Part shown: one piece after another, positions 25,471-39,333 of the stretch
How the letters are laid out: every line of letters starts with the position of its first letter
Position numbering within the stretch: the stretch's first letter is position 1
DNA from: Octopus vulgaris
Lineage: Eukaryota
Direction of reading: 5' to 3'
NCBI GenBank assembly: GCA_951406725.2
Contig: OX597825.1
Span: 49,042,001-49,106,000, forward strand
Length of the DNA stretch: 64,000 nt
Notes under the pieces: generated by a model
The model's input: the letters and a program-made list of their open reading frames with translations, nothing else
What the model was told of the DNA's origin: nothing
Databases searched by the model: none
Translations under genes and position numbers: made by a program

Positions 25471-25986
25471 TTACATAGAAAAATGCGAGCATGAAAAGTA
25501 ACATTCTTAAGATTATAAACCTGAAAACGTACAGGACAAGTTATTACACCTGTAAAAGTATAGGACAATCTATTACTTCTAGTAAAGTAAAGATTAAGAA
25601 ACTTTTTACTTAAAATATTGCAGCTAAAGTTAAAATTTGAATATTAAAACTTATTTTATTATAGTTTACAAATAACACTATATTTATTTAAGTAGAATTT
25701 AGCTAATTTACTACCTTAAATACAGAAATAAGTGACTAATTAGACAAACTTACAAATTAGCTGAACAATTTTGTACAATAAATTTAATAGATGGAACTGC
25801 AAAGAGTGATAAATTAGAACTGGCATTCTTTGCAGCAATATTTTAAGTAAAAAGTTTCTTATTCTTTGCTTTACTTGAAGTAATAGATTGTCCTATACTT
25901 TTACAGGTGTAATAACTTGTCCTGTACTTTTACAAGTTTATAATCTTAAGAATATTACTTTACATGCTCGCATTTTTCGATGTAAT
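25471..25986. repeat. Inverted repeat (arms about 25471-25624 and 25832-25986) at the 3' end of the adjacent PLE
   Basis: gtacaggacaagttattacacctgtaaaagtataggacaatctattacttc is mirrored exactly by gaagtaatagattgtcctatacttttacaggtgtaataacttgtcctgtac. Confidence 0.9.
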
Positions 25987-25999
25987 ATACATATAGTTT

Positions 26000-27570
26000 C
26001 CGAGCTTAAAGAAGTTAGACTCGGTCGATACTTACTTATAAAATGCATTTCCTTGCAAATACGTTCATTTTGGCAAGCATTGTATTTGAATTTGTACAAT
26101 GGAAAAGTTGTGAATTCGAGATATTTATTGGATGCACATCTGTCTATGTGTTCACTGACAGATCTTGTCTTGTATTCCGGAATTCTCATTTGGGATTTGT
26201 ACACCGACATCTTCTGAAGTAGGCTGTTTTTTTTTTGTGTGTCCAATATATTGCCGTTTGCATGTAATTAAGTAATCAAATTCTCCGATGCACATGTAAA
26301 GTTAGTTTTTATGGTAAAATATTGTCCTTGTTCTAATCGGTATTCCGATCCTTCTATTCCGATCCTTCTAATCGGTATTCCGATCCTTCTAATCGGTATT
26401 CCGATCCTTCTATACAGTTAACACATTTGGGCCTCCCGCACTTTTTTACTGTCGGTTTTGTGGTTACTGTTGAGTGTAATATGGCCTGGGTTAAAATCCT
26501 TTTCATTGATTTTGACTGTCTCTTACTTTTGATGATTGTTTGTGTTTGGAGGATTTGATTCATCTTTGGGTCCCTCTTGAGTAGAGCTGTGGTATGAAGC
26601 ATAGTGTTGAAAGCCTTGTTATGTGGGTTGTTTGTGGGGATGAAAGGCAAGGTTTTCAATTTTTCTTCCTTCTTTGGTCTTAGTTGTCTAAGTTCTTGTG
26701 TATTTAATTTAAGGACTCGTTGGATCGTATTGTCGATTAAAGGTTGTGAGTAATTCCTGTTGATGAGAGTGGCTTTTAATTCCTGGAGTCGTGTGCAACG
26801 GGTATTTGTAACGGGTGATACTATTGTGCATATTCTTTTAGCTAAACAATAGGAGATATTATTCAGGTATGTCTCGAGTGGCAGGTACTGTTTCGAGTCC
26901 GTAGGTTTGTAATAGACATCTGTCTCTATTTTGTTCCCGATTTTCTTAATAAGGATATCTAAAAACGGTAGCTGTTCCTGGATAGAAGTGTTTTGAATTC
27001 ATTAAGTTTTTCTACACTTCCATTCCAGAGGATGAAGCAGTCATCGAAATATCTTTTTAAGTTTATTTGCATGTAGGTTGAAAAGGAGTTTCTATATTTC
27101 TCGAGTGTTTTCTGGTATAGTTTAATTTCGAGATAGCCCATTACCAGGTTCGCAAAAGAAGACGCAGTCCGTGTTCCCATTGCTGTTCTCGATTTTTGTC
27201 GGAAGTAGTCATTATTAAGATAATTATTCTCTTGGATGAATCACAAACCTTCTATTATGAGTTCTCTTTTGATGCGAGAGGGGAGTCCATAGGTGTAGTT
27301 GTCTAACCAGAATGTGATTGCTTCTATTCCTACGGTGTGGGGGATGTTTGAATATAGGTTGGCCACGGCGAAGGATACTAGCTGGATTTTCTCGTTGACA
27401 GTTTTTAGGAGGTGTTTGAGCATGTCCAGATCATCACTAATGTAGCTCTTGATATGTTTGAGGAAGGGTTCATTAGGAGAGGGGAATTTGATGATTATGT
27501 CTGTACATTCTTTGGATGCCTAGCTTATTTTTCTGCTTTTGTGGATTTTGAGAATACCGTAGAATACACT
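26000..27570 (-). mobile_element. Penelope-like retroelement, decayed RT + GIY-YIG
   Basis: FYGILKIHKS, VSFAVANLYSNIPH, MGTRTASSFANLVMGYLE, KRYFDDCFILW, LPFLDIL, KKCGRPKC, YIGHT, SEHIDRCA..EMHFISKYRPSL. Confidence 0.92.
26332..26411. repeat. 21 bp tandem repeat inside the PLE
   Basis: ttctaatcggtattccgatcc repeated 3-4 times, one copy shortened; reads EGSEYRL repeats on the minus strand. Confidence 0.85.
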
Positions 27571-28771
27571 TGATAATTTTATTTATAATTTTTTTCTCTA
27601 AATATTTCATATAAGTACATATTTTTGATAAGGTTGAAAAACAGCCGAAGCATATAAGACAAAAACATTTTTAATGTATTTATATAAAGAAATTTAAATG
27701 TACCTAATTTTAAAAAAAGCATTTTCATTCTTTTTTTCATATATATATATATATATGTGTGTGTGTATATATATATGCGTGTATATATATATATATCAGT
27801 ATCTATATCTATATATACATATGTAAGTATATACACACTCGCTCGCGCACAAACACACACATATATTTTCAAAATGTGCAACCATTAATCCAGACACGTT
27901 ATTTTTCTCTCCATCTTTTCTTCTTCTATCAATTTTCTGTCTTCATTCCTTATGCTGTTGACGGAAATTGGTTTTAATAATGGCTTAGATAAGCCTTTAA
28001 CATTTAAAGAGAGGCAAAGTACATACTAAAGTATCTGCCTTCTTTCCCTCTCTTGATACGCACACACGTGTATATACAACATATATATATGTCCATTTAC
28101 ATATATATGCATATGTGTGCATGTGTGCATATGTATGTCTGTATGCATATATGTGTGTATGCGTTTGTGTGAGTGTGTGTGTGCATGTATATATGTATGA
28201 GCATGTGTGTGTAAATCTATGCTTTTATATCTCCTTGTAACTTTGTATTTATTCGCATTGAAAATACAAATTAAACTATTCTTACCTATAGTGTCTACTT
28301 ACATAAATGTTTATGACCCAATCACATACTTTTTTTTCATATCTCAGTTAAAATTTGTCTTCCAATTTATTTTCTAATAATTAAAAATAGATGCGCTTGT
28401 TTCCAATACACTACAACATATTGCCTATCATCATTATCCCTGTCCACTCTCTCCCTCTCTTTCGTTTTCTTTTTCCATATTTTGTTTTCTTTCTCACTGT
28501 CTCTCTGTCTTCCCATCAGGCTGCCTTTCTTTATATCTCTCTCTATCTCTAGAATATTTTAATTACTTTATTTATTTTTCTTTATTACTTTATTTATTTT
28601 ATATTACTTTATTTATTTTATATTATTTTATTTATTTTTCACTTTCTATGTCGAATGACAATAAAGTGTTTTGTTGATAATCCGTCGTGGTTAGGCCTCC
28701 AGCTGCTCTTGGCACATCCAATAATGTGGTTTTACAAACCAGGACACTCAAACGTACGTGAGGAACAAATA

Positions 28772-28985
28772 ATCTTTTCTACTCTAGGTACGAAGCCTGA
28801 AATTTTTGGGGAGGGCCAGTCGATTAGATAGATCTCAGTACGCAACTGGTACTTAATTTATTGACCCCGAAAGGATGAAAGACAACGTCGACCTCCACGG
28901 AAATTGAACTCAGAACGTGACGACAGACGAAATGCTGCAAAGTATTTCACCCGGAGTGCTAATATTTCTGCCAAATCACCGCCTT
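28772..28985 (-). mobile_element. SINE family B
   Basis: actggtacttaatttattgaccccgaaaggatgaaagacaacgtcgacctccacggaaattgaactcagaacg. Confidence 0.8.
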
Positions 28986-29024
28986 GTGAAGAACAAATAA
29001 TATAAACTTGTGTTTATCACATAT

Positions 29025-29484
29025 ATATGCCCCCAACCTCTCTCCTTTCTTTCAACGTGACCGGTGTTCGCCGAGCATGATCTGTCTTTCTTGGCTTGAC
29101 TTCCGGCCACGAAGCACCTCTTATACTTCTGTCTCATGTCTTTCATCTCTTATGTCCATCACCTATGTTCCTGTCTCAAAGCTTTCTCTTTACACGAGCC
29201 AGTTCAATTTGATTAGTTTCTGTTAGTCGAAAGACACCTGTCGTTATTTTCTTATTGCTTGTTTTATTTGTTTAAGTCATTTGACTCCGGCCATGCTGGA
29301 GCATCGCCTTTAGTCGAACAAATCGACTTCAGGACTTATTTTTGTAAGCTTAATTCTTATTCTATCGGTCTCTTTTGCCGAACCGCTATGTTACGGAGAT
29401 GTAAACACACCAGCATCGGTTGTCAAGCAAAAGTAGTGGGGACAAGCACAGAAACACAAACATATACATACATACATACATACA

Positions 29485-29551
<67 letters not shown>

Positions 29552-30030
29552 GACGGGCTTTCATCTTCCATCTACCAAATCCTCTCACAAGGCTTTGGTC
29601 GGCCGGGGAAATAGCTGAAGATACCTGGCCAAGGTAACACACAGTGAGACTGAACCCGAGACCATGTGCTTGGTAAACAAGCTACTTACCACACAACTAC
29701 AGTGTAACATTTTCTCCGTTTTTTTCGCTTTCTTTTCAAATAATATTTTTTTTAGTTTTTGGTGTACACATTCGAATGGTTTCTCCCAAAATATTTAATG
29801 CTCTTAGCTTAGGTTTTTGGGGCAGCCAGATTTGAACAGTCTCAAGTGTAATCGGCCGAAACTGTAAAGATAATCTGGAAACTTAACTGCGGAGAGAAGG
29901 CCACTACTGTCCTCGCCTTGTTTTATCCTGTCCGTTTTTTCCTGTTTTTCACGTCTGTCTTTTTATTGTGTATCTGTCCAGATGTCTTATTGTCGTCTGT
30001 GGCGTTCTTGTTCCATTTTTTGGATTTATA
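29025..30030 (+). repeat. Repeat family A copy interrupted by a SINE
   Basis: 29025-29257 and 29700-30030 are colinear with 1775-2305. Confidence 0.7.
29258..29700 (-). mobile_element. tRNA-derived SINE family C, near full length, with internal microsatellite
   Basis: Minus-strand head gtggtaagtagcttgtttacc..gggttcagtctc, core ccttggccaggtatcttc, tail ctccagcatggccggagtcaaatgact. Confidence 0.8.
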
Positions 30031-30611
30031 TATATATATATTTATATGAAAAATAAAAAAGGTAGAAAATGCTAGAGTAATTTTATCTTGAAGTACATTT
30101 TAGTACCAGTTTTCGTCTTTTAAACTTTTTCAACTAGGAGTAAAATAAGAATAATAAAAAAAATTGGAGAAAAAAATTAAGTGAAATATTTTGTAAATAT
30201 TTCCATACCCTTCAAATACTTGGTCTGTGTATCTCTTCTGTTGTGGGTACTTGGTAAGTAGTAGCAAATCTGAGGAAATAATTTCATGAGTACAGAGAAT
30301 TGATAGTTCAAGCAGGAGCAGCCGAAGGAGAAGAGGTAGGAGAGCAAGATCAAGGAGATGAAGAAAAAGAGGAGGAGAAGGGGAAGGAGAAGAAGATGAA
30401 GAAGGAAGAGAAGTGGGAGTATGAAAAGAAGAGGAGTATGAAAGAAAGAAGAGGATTATGAAAAGATGAGGAAGAAAGACAAACAAAAGAAAAAGACAGG
30501 AATAGTGTGACACAGTAGATTGTTCGTGGAATCTTTTTTAATGGTCAAATGGTCGTAGCAGTAGTGATTATAATTGCTCTAAATTCTCGTAGTAGTTTCA
30601 TCTGTGGTGGA

Positions 30612-30845
30612 AGCATTCAAAAGAGGTTTATATTTTGTGATAAAATATGTTTTTTTGCTAATGCGCTGATTATAGTTTGCATTGTCCTTGACTTTATAGA
30701 GGGGAACAATTCTAAAGTTGGGTTGTTCGTTACAGGTGCAAATATCGATGTGCTCGCTTAATCCTATTTTTCTGTATTACCGTATTTTAAGCATTGACTC
30801 CGTTTGAAGGAGTATTCCGATCCCTCAATAAGCTTGATGCATATA
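30612..30845 (-). mobile_element. Penelope-like GIY-YIG C-terminal fragment
   Basis: Minus strand: LIEGSEYSFK, SEHIDICTC..FRIVPLYKVKDN..YFITKYKPLLN; similar to the end of the 26000-27570 element. Confidence 0.8.
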
Positions 30846-30899
30846 CCACAATTAGGTCTTCCGCATTTTTTACTATAGGTTTCAATATATATATATATG

Positions 30900-31440
30900 A
30901 AACAAGAACGCAATAGTTCACAATAAACATCCGGACAGATAGATGATACAAAGACGGACAGGAAAACAACGAGAAATGGGCAGGGAGAAAAGGACGGGTA
31001 ATGTGTGGCCTTCTCTCCTCAGTCAAGTTTCCAGATTATCTCTAAGTTTCGGTCGGTAACACTCGAGACTGTTCAAATCTGGCTAAGAACATGAAATATT
31101 TGGGGAGAAAGCAAACGAATGTGCACGACAACAAAGACAAAATAATAATGAAAAAATGATTAAAAACCAAACAACAAAAACGGAGGAAATGTTGCACAAT
31201 TACAAATACAAACAGCAAAAAAATAACAGCAGGTGGTTTTCGACTAATAGAGACGAGTCAAATTGAGTTGGCGTGTGTGGAGTGAAAGCCTTGAGGCAGG
31301 AGCAAACATTGACATAAGAAATGAACGTCATGAGACAGGAATATAAGAGATGCTTCACGGCCGACAGTCACGCCAAGAAAGAAAGATCAAGCTTGGTCGA
31401 ACACCGGTCACGTGGGAAGAAAGGAGTGAGGTAGGGGCAG
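30900..31440 (-). repeat. Repeat family A, inverted copy
   Basis: Reverse complement of 29025-30030 (e.g. cgaacaccggtcacgt, ccttctctcctcagtcaagtttccagattatc). Confidence 0.8.
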
Positions 31441-31943
31441 AAGGAGAGAAACATTAAGGGGAGAACGATTAAGAGGGAGAATCACAGAGACATAGAGAAA
31501 GTATAAGGGAGATAAACGAGGAAAAGTGGTTAGACTAAAGAAAGAGAAAGCCAAGAAATGTGAGAGGAGGGGCGAGAAAAAGAAAAGAGGAAAGAAGTAT
31601 GAGGGCAATAAAATAAAGAGTAAAAAGTTCGCACAGAATTGAGATACATACTTACAAGGTGAACAAAAATGTACGTACGCCGCTCTATGTATATATAAAT
31701 TCCCAAAATGGAACAAGAACGCAACAGATGATTATAGAATATCCGGACAAAGCTTGTGTCGTTAACCAACTGGAAGAGACGTCCTCCTGGGGTAAAAAAA
31801 AATGGTAGTAATGAATATCCGTCCAGAACGGCCATGTTGAAGTGGCAACAAACGTTACTTTTCAGTATTGTTACAACTTACATCCTATATCGAGATTTTA
31901 GAACTAGCTATTTGCTTATACACGCATTCACGCACCCCCCCAC

Positions 31944-31996
<53 letters not shown>

Positions 31997-32229
31997 AAAC
32001 TTATATACATGTATACGTGCATGCATATGGAAAACATCACACACAGACACACAAACACACACACACACATACGTTCAGGCTAAATTCGACAATTTGCAGA
32101 AGAGGAAAAGAAATAAAAAATAAATGTATTATATAAAAATTCGAAAATATCAAGTAGATTATTGTTAGGAGATAATAGTCTACTCAAGAAGGCTCTGAAA
32201 CCTAGGGAATGTGTTCCTCAAATTGTCCC

Positions 32230-32515
32230 TATGAATATCTTCCTTGATGTTGGCTATCAGCTCAGCCTTGCTCTTGCAGAGGACGCGGTTGGTGTCTTTC
32301 TCACTCATATCTCACACAGACTAATCCATAGGATTACAATCAGAGGAATTGGGAGGATATAAATTGAGTCTAGTAAAGTCACTTTAATTCTTTCACAACC
32401 ACTTCTCATTCTTGCCGGCGATGTTGCAAGTATCGGAATCTCCCTGGACATATTAGTCCTCCCAGCAACAACTCTCTCTAGCCAGGGATGGACCACAGTT
32501 TCCAGGAGCTTCACA
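32230..32515 (-). mobile_element. Tc1/mariner-superfamily transposase fragment
   Basis: YVKLLETVVHPWLERVVAGR and SKAELIANIKE, resembling segments flanking the catalytic core; core partly deleted. Confidence 0.55.
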
Positions 32516-32964
32516 TAATTATTATATATAAGAATTACGTGCTGAATTATAGGTATATAAAAAAATGTATAAGAATTTTATACTTGAGGAAGTAATAAAT
32601 ATTAAGCAATATCGAGTTCGATGTGTGGAGATCAAATTCGAAACAGTATTCTAGCTTTGGCCTCACGAAGCTATAAAAATTATAGCCGATGACGTTTTGC
32701 TCTTCAAATTGGAAAATTCTCAGGTTCCAAGAGATCATTATGCGAGTTTCATCAGTAATAATTTTTAAAATATAATTATTAATATTAATTTTTTTTATAA
32801 ACTTTTATTTATTAGATCTGTGAGTGTTTTATTCAGGGTATGAAATAATTTCTTGTATTTCAATCCGTTATTAAATAGATATGAAATAGTTTGTCTTCAA
32901 ATGCATTTAAAGTTCATATTTAAATTCTTCATCTCAATACATTTATAAACACTTGCGCACAAAC

Positions 32965-33020
<56 letters not shown>

Positions 33021-33357
33021 AACAATTATTGATGCATGTATGCATGTATGTAATATTTATGCCTGAATTCAAGATAGAAAAGTACGAAGAAATAAGCAGA
33101 GCAATAGTGGTTGTTTGAAGAATCAGTGATATATAATTTAATAGACAGAAATATAATTAATAACTTACCGAGTTTTAGTTCCAAATATAAGATACTCCAG
33201 CTATTTTGTTTGTTTTTCTTACTTTGACATAGCACTTGATTTAGATCCCACAGTCCATTAGAAACTGTTTAGCTTTGATCAATTTTATCTTCCAGTATTT
33301 AATTGAATAAAAGCGTTATTAATTCGATTCTAGTATGCATGTATATCTATCTGTCTG

Positions 33358-33430
<73 letters not shown>

Positions 33431-33601
33431 ACATACATACATACATACATACATACATACATACATACATACATACGTATTGAGATACACACACACATAT
33501 ATATATGTATATATATGTATATACATACGTACATACATACATATATATACATACATTTATATATATATATAATATATGTATACATACATACATACATACA
33601 T

Positions 33602-33662
<61 letters not shown>

Positions 33663-34202
33663 TGCACGAATACACTCAAACTCACTCACAGACAGAGATA
33701 CATTCCCACATCCTACAGACTTCTGTAATTTATAATTAATGGAAGATGTAATGTGCAACTACGGAAAATGTTTCCAACCTAAGTAAGCCTGTATATGTAT
33801 ACAGATATATATAGGAAAGATTGCCTGAACACGGTATAAGACGAAATTGAATTAACGTTATTTGAGGAAAACTAATAAATAAATATAAAAAGAAAGTATG
33901 CTCAATATGGCTTCATTGTACAATGTGTATATCTGCAACTCTCTACTACTAGAAGCAATGAATTGATAATTAAATATAAAAAGCTTATTTTTCTATTATA
34001 CAAGTGACGCAACTTGTATGAAGGTGTTCGTTGTTTCAAGCAGTTGTCAAAAGATTTATTGCGCTAATCTGTTAGATATATTTCACTAATTCATTAATTG
34101 CCCTAAAAACTGATTTGTCACTTTTTCTTCTGCTTTAAATACTCCATTTGGAATCTGGAGTAGGGTTCAGTTCATTGGTGTGTGTGTGTGTGTGTGTGTG
34201 TG

Positions 34203-34242
<40 letters not shown>

Positions 34243-34333
34243 TTACTAAATACGACTGAGTATGCCAACCTATTTCGTAGGCACCATCACTAGTGATTAC
34301 CCAAACGGTTTAGAGTTTGGTTAAATCCGTCTG

Positions 34334-34461
<128 letters not shown>

Positions 34462-34742
34462 TACCATAAAAATTCATGGATGATTTGGCGAAATGCTAAT
34501 ACTTATACTAAAAATTGATATAAACAGCTAGGCGCATTATAATACGATAAAGGAAACATTTAGTCGTCACTAAATGTGACTGCTGGTGCCGAAGCACCTG
34601 CATAAAAAGGTGAAGCCCCTACATATAAAGGTCAAATACAATCCCTTCCGCTTGGCCTTTCTCCTGTGCTTGTGTGTTCAAACACTAGCCACGAGTCCTT
34701 TTCTCCCTCCAATTCGAAAAATGGTTATAGTCCACCGGCCAT

Positions 34743-34796
34743 TAGGGTCTGACGAGGCTTTTGTAAAGCCAAGCACTTTATGAACGTTAAATCCTA
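34743..34796 (+). ncRNA. Decayed hammerhead motif
   Basis: Stem I tagggt/atccta, CUGACGA, perfect stem II ggcttt-tgt-aaagcc, but GAAA is replaced by aagc. Confidence 0.5.
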
Positions 34797-35541
34797 GGTA
34801 AATCGATGAACCGGCCATAACTATCTTTATCTAAATACTCTACTGCTTTATAACTTAGAGTGGGCTCTCCTCTTTCAGATTCATCATTTACTAACGATAT
34901 GGCTGTGTGGAAGGCGCCGCTGTGTAGTAAGAAGATATTGGCTTCACTTACGGTTCTTTCTTCAGGATCTAAAGAACACTATCTAGAGGATCTGATTTAT
35001 AAGTTATTTTATTTTAAATCCCATCAGTATATATGCATATACTGATATGCTTTTTGCGTGTAAATGTACGTAGTTTCCTTAGTTGTGTAGGAGAAATAGT
35101 ATTTACGTGTTTGTATACACACAAGTATCCTACTGTCGTTGCATTATTTTTTCTTCTTTTTCTTCTTTATTTTCCCTTTCCTTCCTCTTCCCCATTTCCC
35201 TCCAAATGAGCTTTTATTACTCATATTTAGCAGTAAACATTCCAGCTTCCGGCGCGCTGGTTACCCATTATCGATGTCACATATACTTTAATGAGATTAT
35301 AATCTACTGCAGTCACTAAAACCACTCCTCTTCCTATCTCTCTACGATAACAGGCGTATGGGATATGCCGGTGTTTCTTCACCGATTCCAATCGCCACTC
35401 TCGAATTCGTTTTATTTCTTTCTACTAACGCGGCGGCTTTTTGCCTTTTACGCTACTGCAGAGCTATAGTTGTCGACTGCCTCTTCCATCAGCTTTTATT
35501 TAGAAACTTAAATAGATCTGTATCTGTGTATGTGCGCATAG

Positions 35542-35847
<306 letters not shown>

Positions 35848-37859
35848 TAGAACAGTATCCAGGAGTTACAAAAAAAACCACGAACTGCACAAGTCCAGAG
35901 CCACTGTCTGCTTTCAATCCTTCCAGACCAACGATTCCTCAACTACGGCAGAGCCTTTCGGGCACGCATCGCACAGTCAGACTCACCGTACTCCGTGTTG
36001 TTCTTTCAGGTTATGTCCTTCATCATGGTCTACAAACACGGGCGAACGGGTGATCCTCTTTGTGTGTGTGTGTGTGTCGGGCTTATGCATGCGTACTGCT
36101 ATGAGTTTTACACACACACATACGTATTTTTTGAAAAGAAATATATTTCAAATTTAAATCAAGAAAGGAGTGAAAATATTCGAAATCAAGATAAAACCCT
36201 CATTCCCTTGTTCGGATCTTCCACCGCCTTGTCCTGCAGTTGTTAGTTAAACTCCGCTGAGCAGATGCAGTCATAACGTCGTCAGCGTCTCTTTCTACTG
36301 GCCATGGCTTTGTAGCCTCGGTTGCAGGGTCCCACCTAAGTCTTATAGCCTTTGCATAGCCTTGAGCAGCAGGTATGATGTTGACGTTTTGATAGCCGAC
36401 ACGAATCATTTTGATGCAAATAAGTCTTCCAATATGTAGATGGCTTATCGTTATCCATGTCAGCTGACCTTTTTCTCAGCTATTGCTTTCATGTTGATGA
36501 TTTCCAACGCCGTTCACTATTCATCAGTACTTCAAATAGTTCCCGAAAAAAGGAGTATATAAAATCATCAAATTTAGCGGGAATATTTGCTTTGAACATT
36601 TTACCGCGAATATTTATTTTGAATATTTAGCCCGATTATTTGCTTTGAAGGTCTGATGAAATCAAATACACAACAGAAAAAATACCTCGCTAAAAACGAA
36701 AATAAAACAAAAAATACTGCGAGTCAAAAAGAGATTGTGTCTTATAATCAGTATTTACACCGAAAATAAAAGCAAACAAACTTTTAAATAAAAGTTTATT
36801 GGGAAAAGAAATTAATTCGAACTGTTTCAAAAATATTTCAAATGGTAACAATAACTACTACAGCAACGGAACACTCACAGCGACGACGATGTTAATCAAG
36901 AAGGATCAGAATATAGCAACAGGGCTAAACGAACAAGTTGTGGTTTGTTGGTAAACAAGTTGAGTTTCTAAATGCGACAACTTTTTTAGGAAAGGAAAAA
37001 ATCTTGCCTATCGGTGTGATAAGGGGGTTAGCGAGGCCCTCTTGTTGAATTTAAAGCAGTAATTAGAAGCAGCATTCCGCGAAATACCAAGACAAATTGT
37101 CTCAGGTGCGCATGATGAGTTTGCCGAGTGTTTTAGAGTATTTTCATGATTAAGGATTCAACCAATGTAGGTAAACATATCTGCATTTACATATTTGAAA
37201 GAAATACATTTATGGTGCTAGGGTTATCAACAACAATGTTGAACTTCTGCCTGATCTCCCCTTTTTATCATACAATAGGCAGATGTTTAGAGTAAAGGTG
37301 ACGAGATGAGATGAGGTTAGGATATGTTAGGATGGAATTGTAAATTGTAATGTAAGTCCTTGAAAATCGCAAAGTGTTTTACAGGGCGATCCGAGAGAGA
37401 GTGTGCAACCTGGCTTGTGGTGAAGGGTGAAAGGTCTGATAGATATATATATTCTAAAAAAGTCACTTAAGGGTATATTTCCTCGAAGAATTGGAGAGGA
37501 TTGACAACAGATAGAGGAAAACTGCGCAGATCCGTCGTGGCAGCAGCAAATGTATGTACGTATGTATGTATATTAAGGAAACGGGAGCAGTCAAAAATTT
37601 GGATAATTGTTTATTTAGCGCTTTCATCTCTTTTTGAGGGAATCATCATGAATGTATTATTTGTAGAAAATTCGTGTCCTTTATATATATGTGAGTAAAT
37701 TGAAAAGTCTGGAGTTGAATTTGGAAGAAAATATTCTTTGTCATTTTGAAGCTACAAATGCGTGTATTCATGTGTGTATGTGTATATGTATGTGTAGGCT
37801 TGACGTTTTGGCGTCTTGGCTAAAGAGAGGAGAAACGAAAAAGACATAAAAAATGGGAA

Positions 37860-38995
37860 AAAGACAGGAAGAAAGAATAAAGCCAAGGGAGAAACAGAGA
37901 GGAAAAAAAAGACAGACAGAAAGAAATAAAGACAGACAGAAAGGAAGAAAGAAAGAACGAAAGAAAGAAAGTGGATTTCTTTTTTTGATATGGCTGAAAT
38001 TGCATTGTAATTTTGGTCAGTTGTCACACTACCAAGCTGTAAAAATAGGTCTTTTTCTAGGATGGTTGAAATTAATGACAGGTCGAGAAATCAATTTTCT
38101 TTTAGTCATGATTCTTTTGTCAGTTATTTTATCCAGCTGTAAAATATAGACTCTATCAAATTGTTTTGCAAAATTTTTAAATATGAGCGTGTTTAAGCAC
38201 GTGTTTGTGAGTATGTGTGTGTATGTTGTATGTGTGTGTGTTGTATGTGTGCAGTTTGCTTAAATTAATTTTTTTCATTATTTTAGTAACAGTAATGAAA
38301 ACATTAATGATATCCACTGGTAATCTTATCTGGTTCATCTGGGACGTGTTTACAAATATATATTTTTCTCTTTTCATACGTTTAATATAGGTAATAATTT
38401 TTTGAAAAGATGTCGCTTCATTGCCTTCCTGTACTTTGAGCAACCCTTGAACATCTGTAGTAGTGAACGATCTTGGATCTGCCATTTCCACCTATTTCCA
38501 GACGCTTACTCCGCGTAATTCTTTTTGTCTAGTGTGTTGACTGTAGATTCTTGTACGTTGTTAATTGTTAATTTCACCAATATAATTTGCGTTGCTATTG
38601 GAGCAGGTTACGCAGTATATGAGATTTTGTGCCTTGCAGTTCAAATCTGTTTTTAATCGAACGGAGAATCCACTTTTCAATTTAATATGGGAGAACCAAA
38701 CTGGATATCATTGATTATGTACTCATTACTGTTACTAAAATACCTAGAAAAATTCACTTAATCAACCAACAAACAACACACATCTTCCCTCACACATATA
38801 CACTTAAGCACAAACATGCACACACGCGCGCGTGCACATACACACATTCAAAAAATATTTCTAAAACACTTTGGTAGAATATATTTTCTACGGTTAAATA
38901 ATGACATCTGACATAAATTACAATGCAATTTCAACCGTCCCAGAAAAGAGTCCTCTTTTTTCTTTCTTTCTTTCTTTATTCCTTCCTGTCTTTCA
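37860..38995 (-). mobile_element. PLE GIY-YIG fragment (38330-38700) flanked by diverged inverted repeats
   Basis: Minus strand DLNCKAQNLIYCVTCSNSNANYIGE; arms share gaaattgcattgtaattt/aaattacaatgcaatttc and tttagtaacagtaatga/tcattactgttactaaa. Confidence 0.8.
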
Positions 38996-39298
38996 CCACA
39001 CACATACACGCACACAAATGTATGCACACACATAAATGTATGCACACACACAAATGCATGCACACACACAAATGTATGCACAGACACATACATACACGCA
39101 CACATGCACGCATGCACTCATATTCACATACTTATAGCTTTTTCAGTAAGGAAATGAGAGCACTAAATAAATAATTATCCAAAATTCTGAGTACCACCTC
39201 TTTCTTCATATGTAAAATTTGTACACCACTTCAAACATTCTATACATATGTATGTATATATGCATATATGTATATATACACACATACATACTTCTGCA

Positions 39299-39333
<35 letters not shown>

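Noticed and set aside
26332-26411. Short direct repeats resembling a CRISPR array
   Set aside because: No spacers and a eukaryotic context; a slippage minisatellite in a PLE.
30098-30140. Minus-strand GAAA-actgg-UA half-hammerhead downstream of a PLE fragment
   Set aside because: The 5' core reads TTGAAAA; too degenerate to call.
30130-30513. 127 aa Ser/Pro/Leu-rich ORF
   Set aside because: Antisense of a GA-rich low-complexity tract.
32590-32760. Minus-strand ctgatga plus small hairpins
   Set aside because: I could not assemble a consistent three-way junction.
33303-33758. Many ORFs rich in YI/IY/HT/CV repeats here and throughout the track
   Set aside because: Translations of stop-free microsatellites, not genes.
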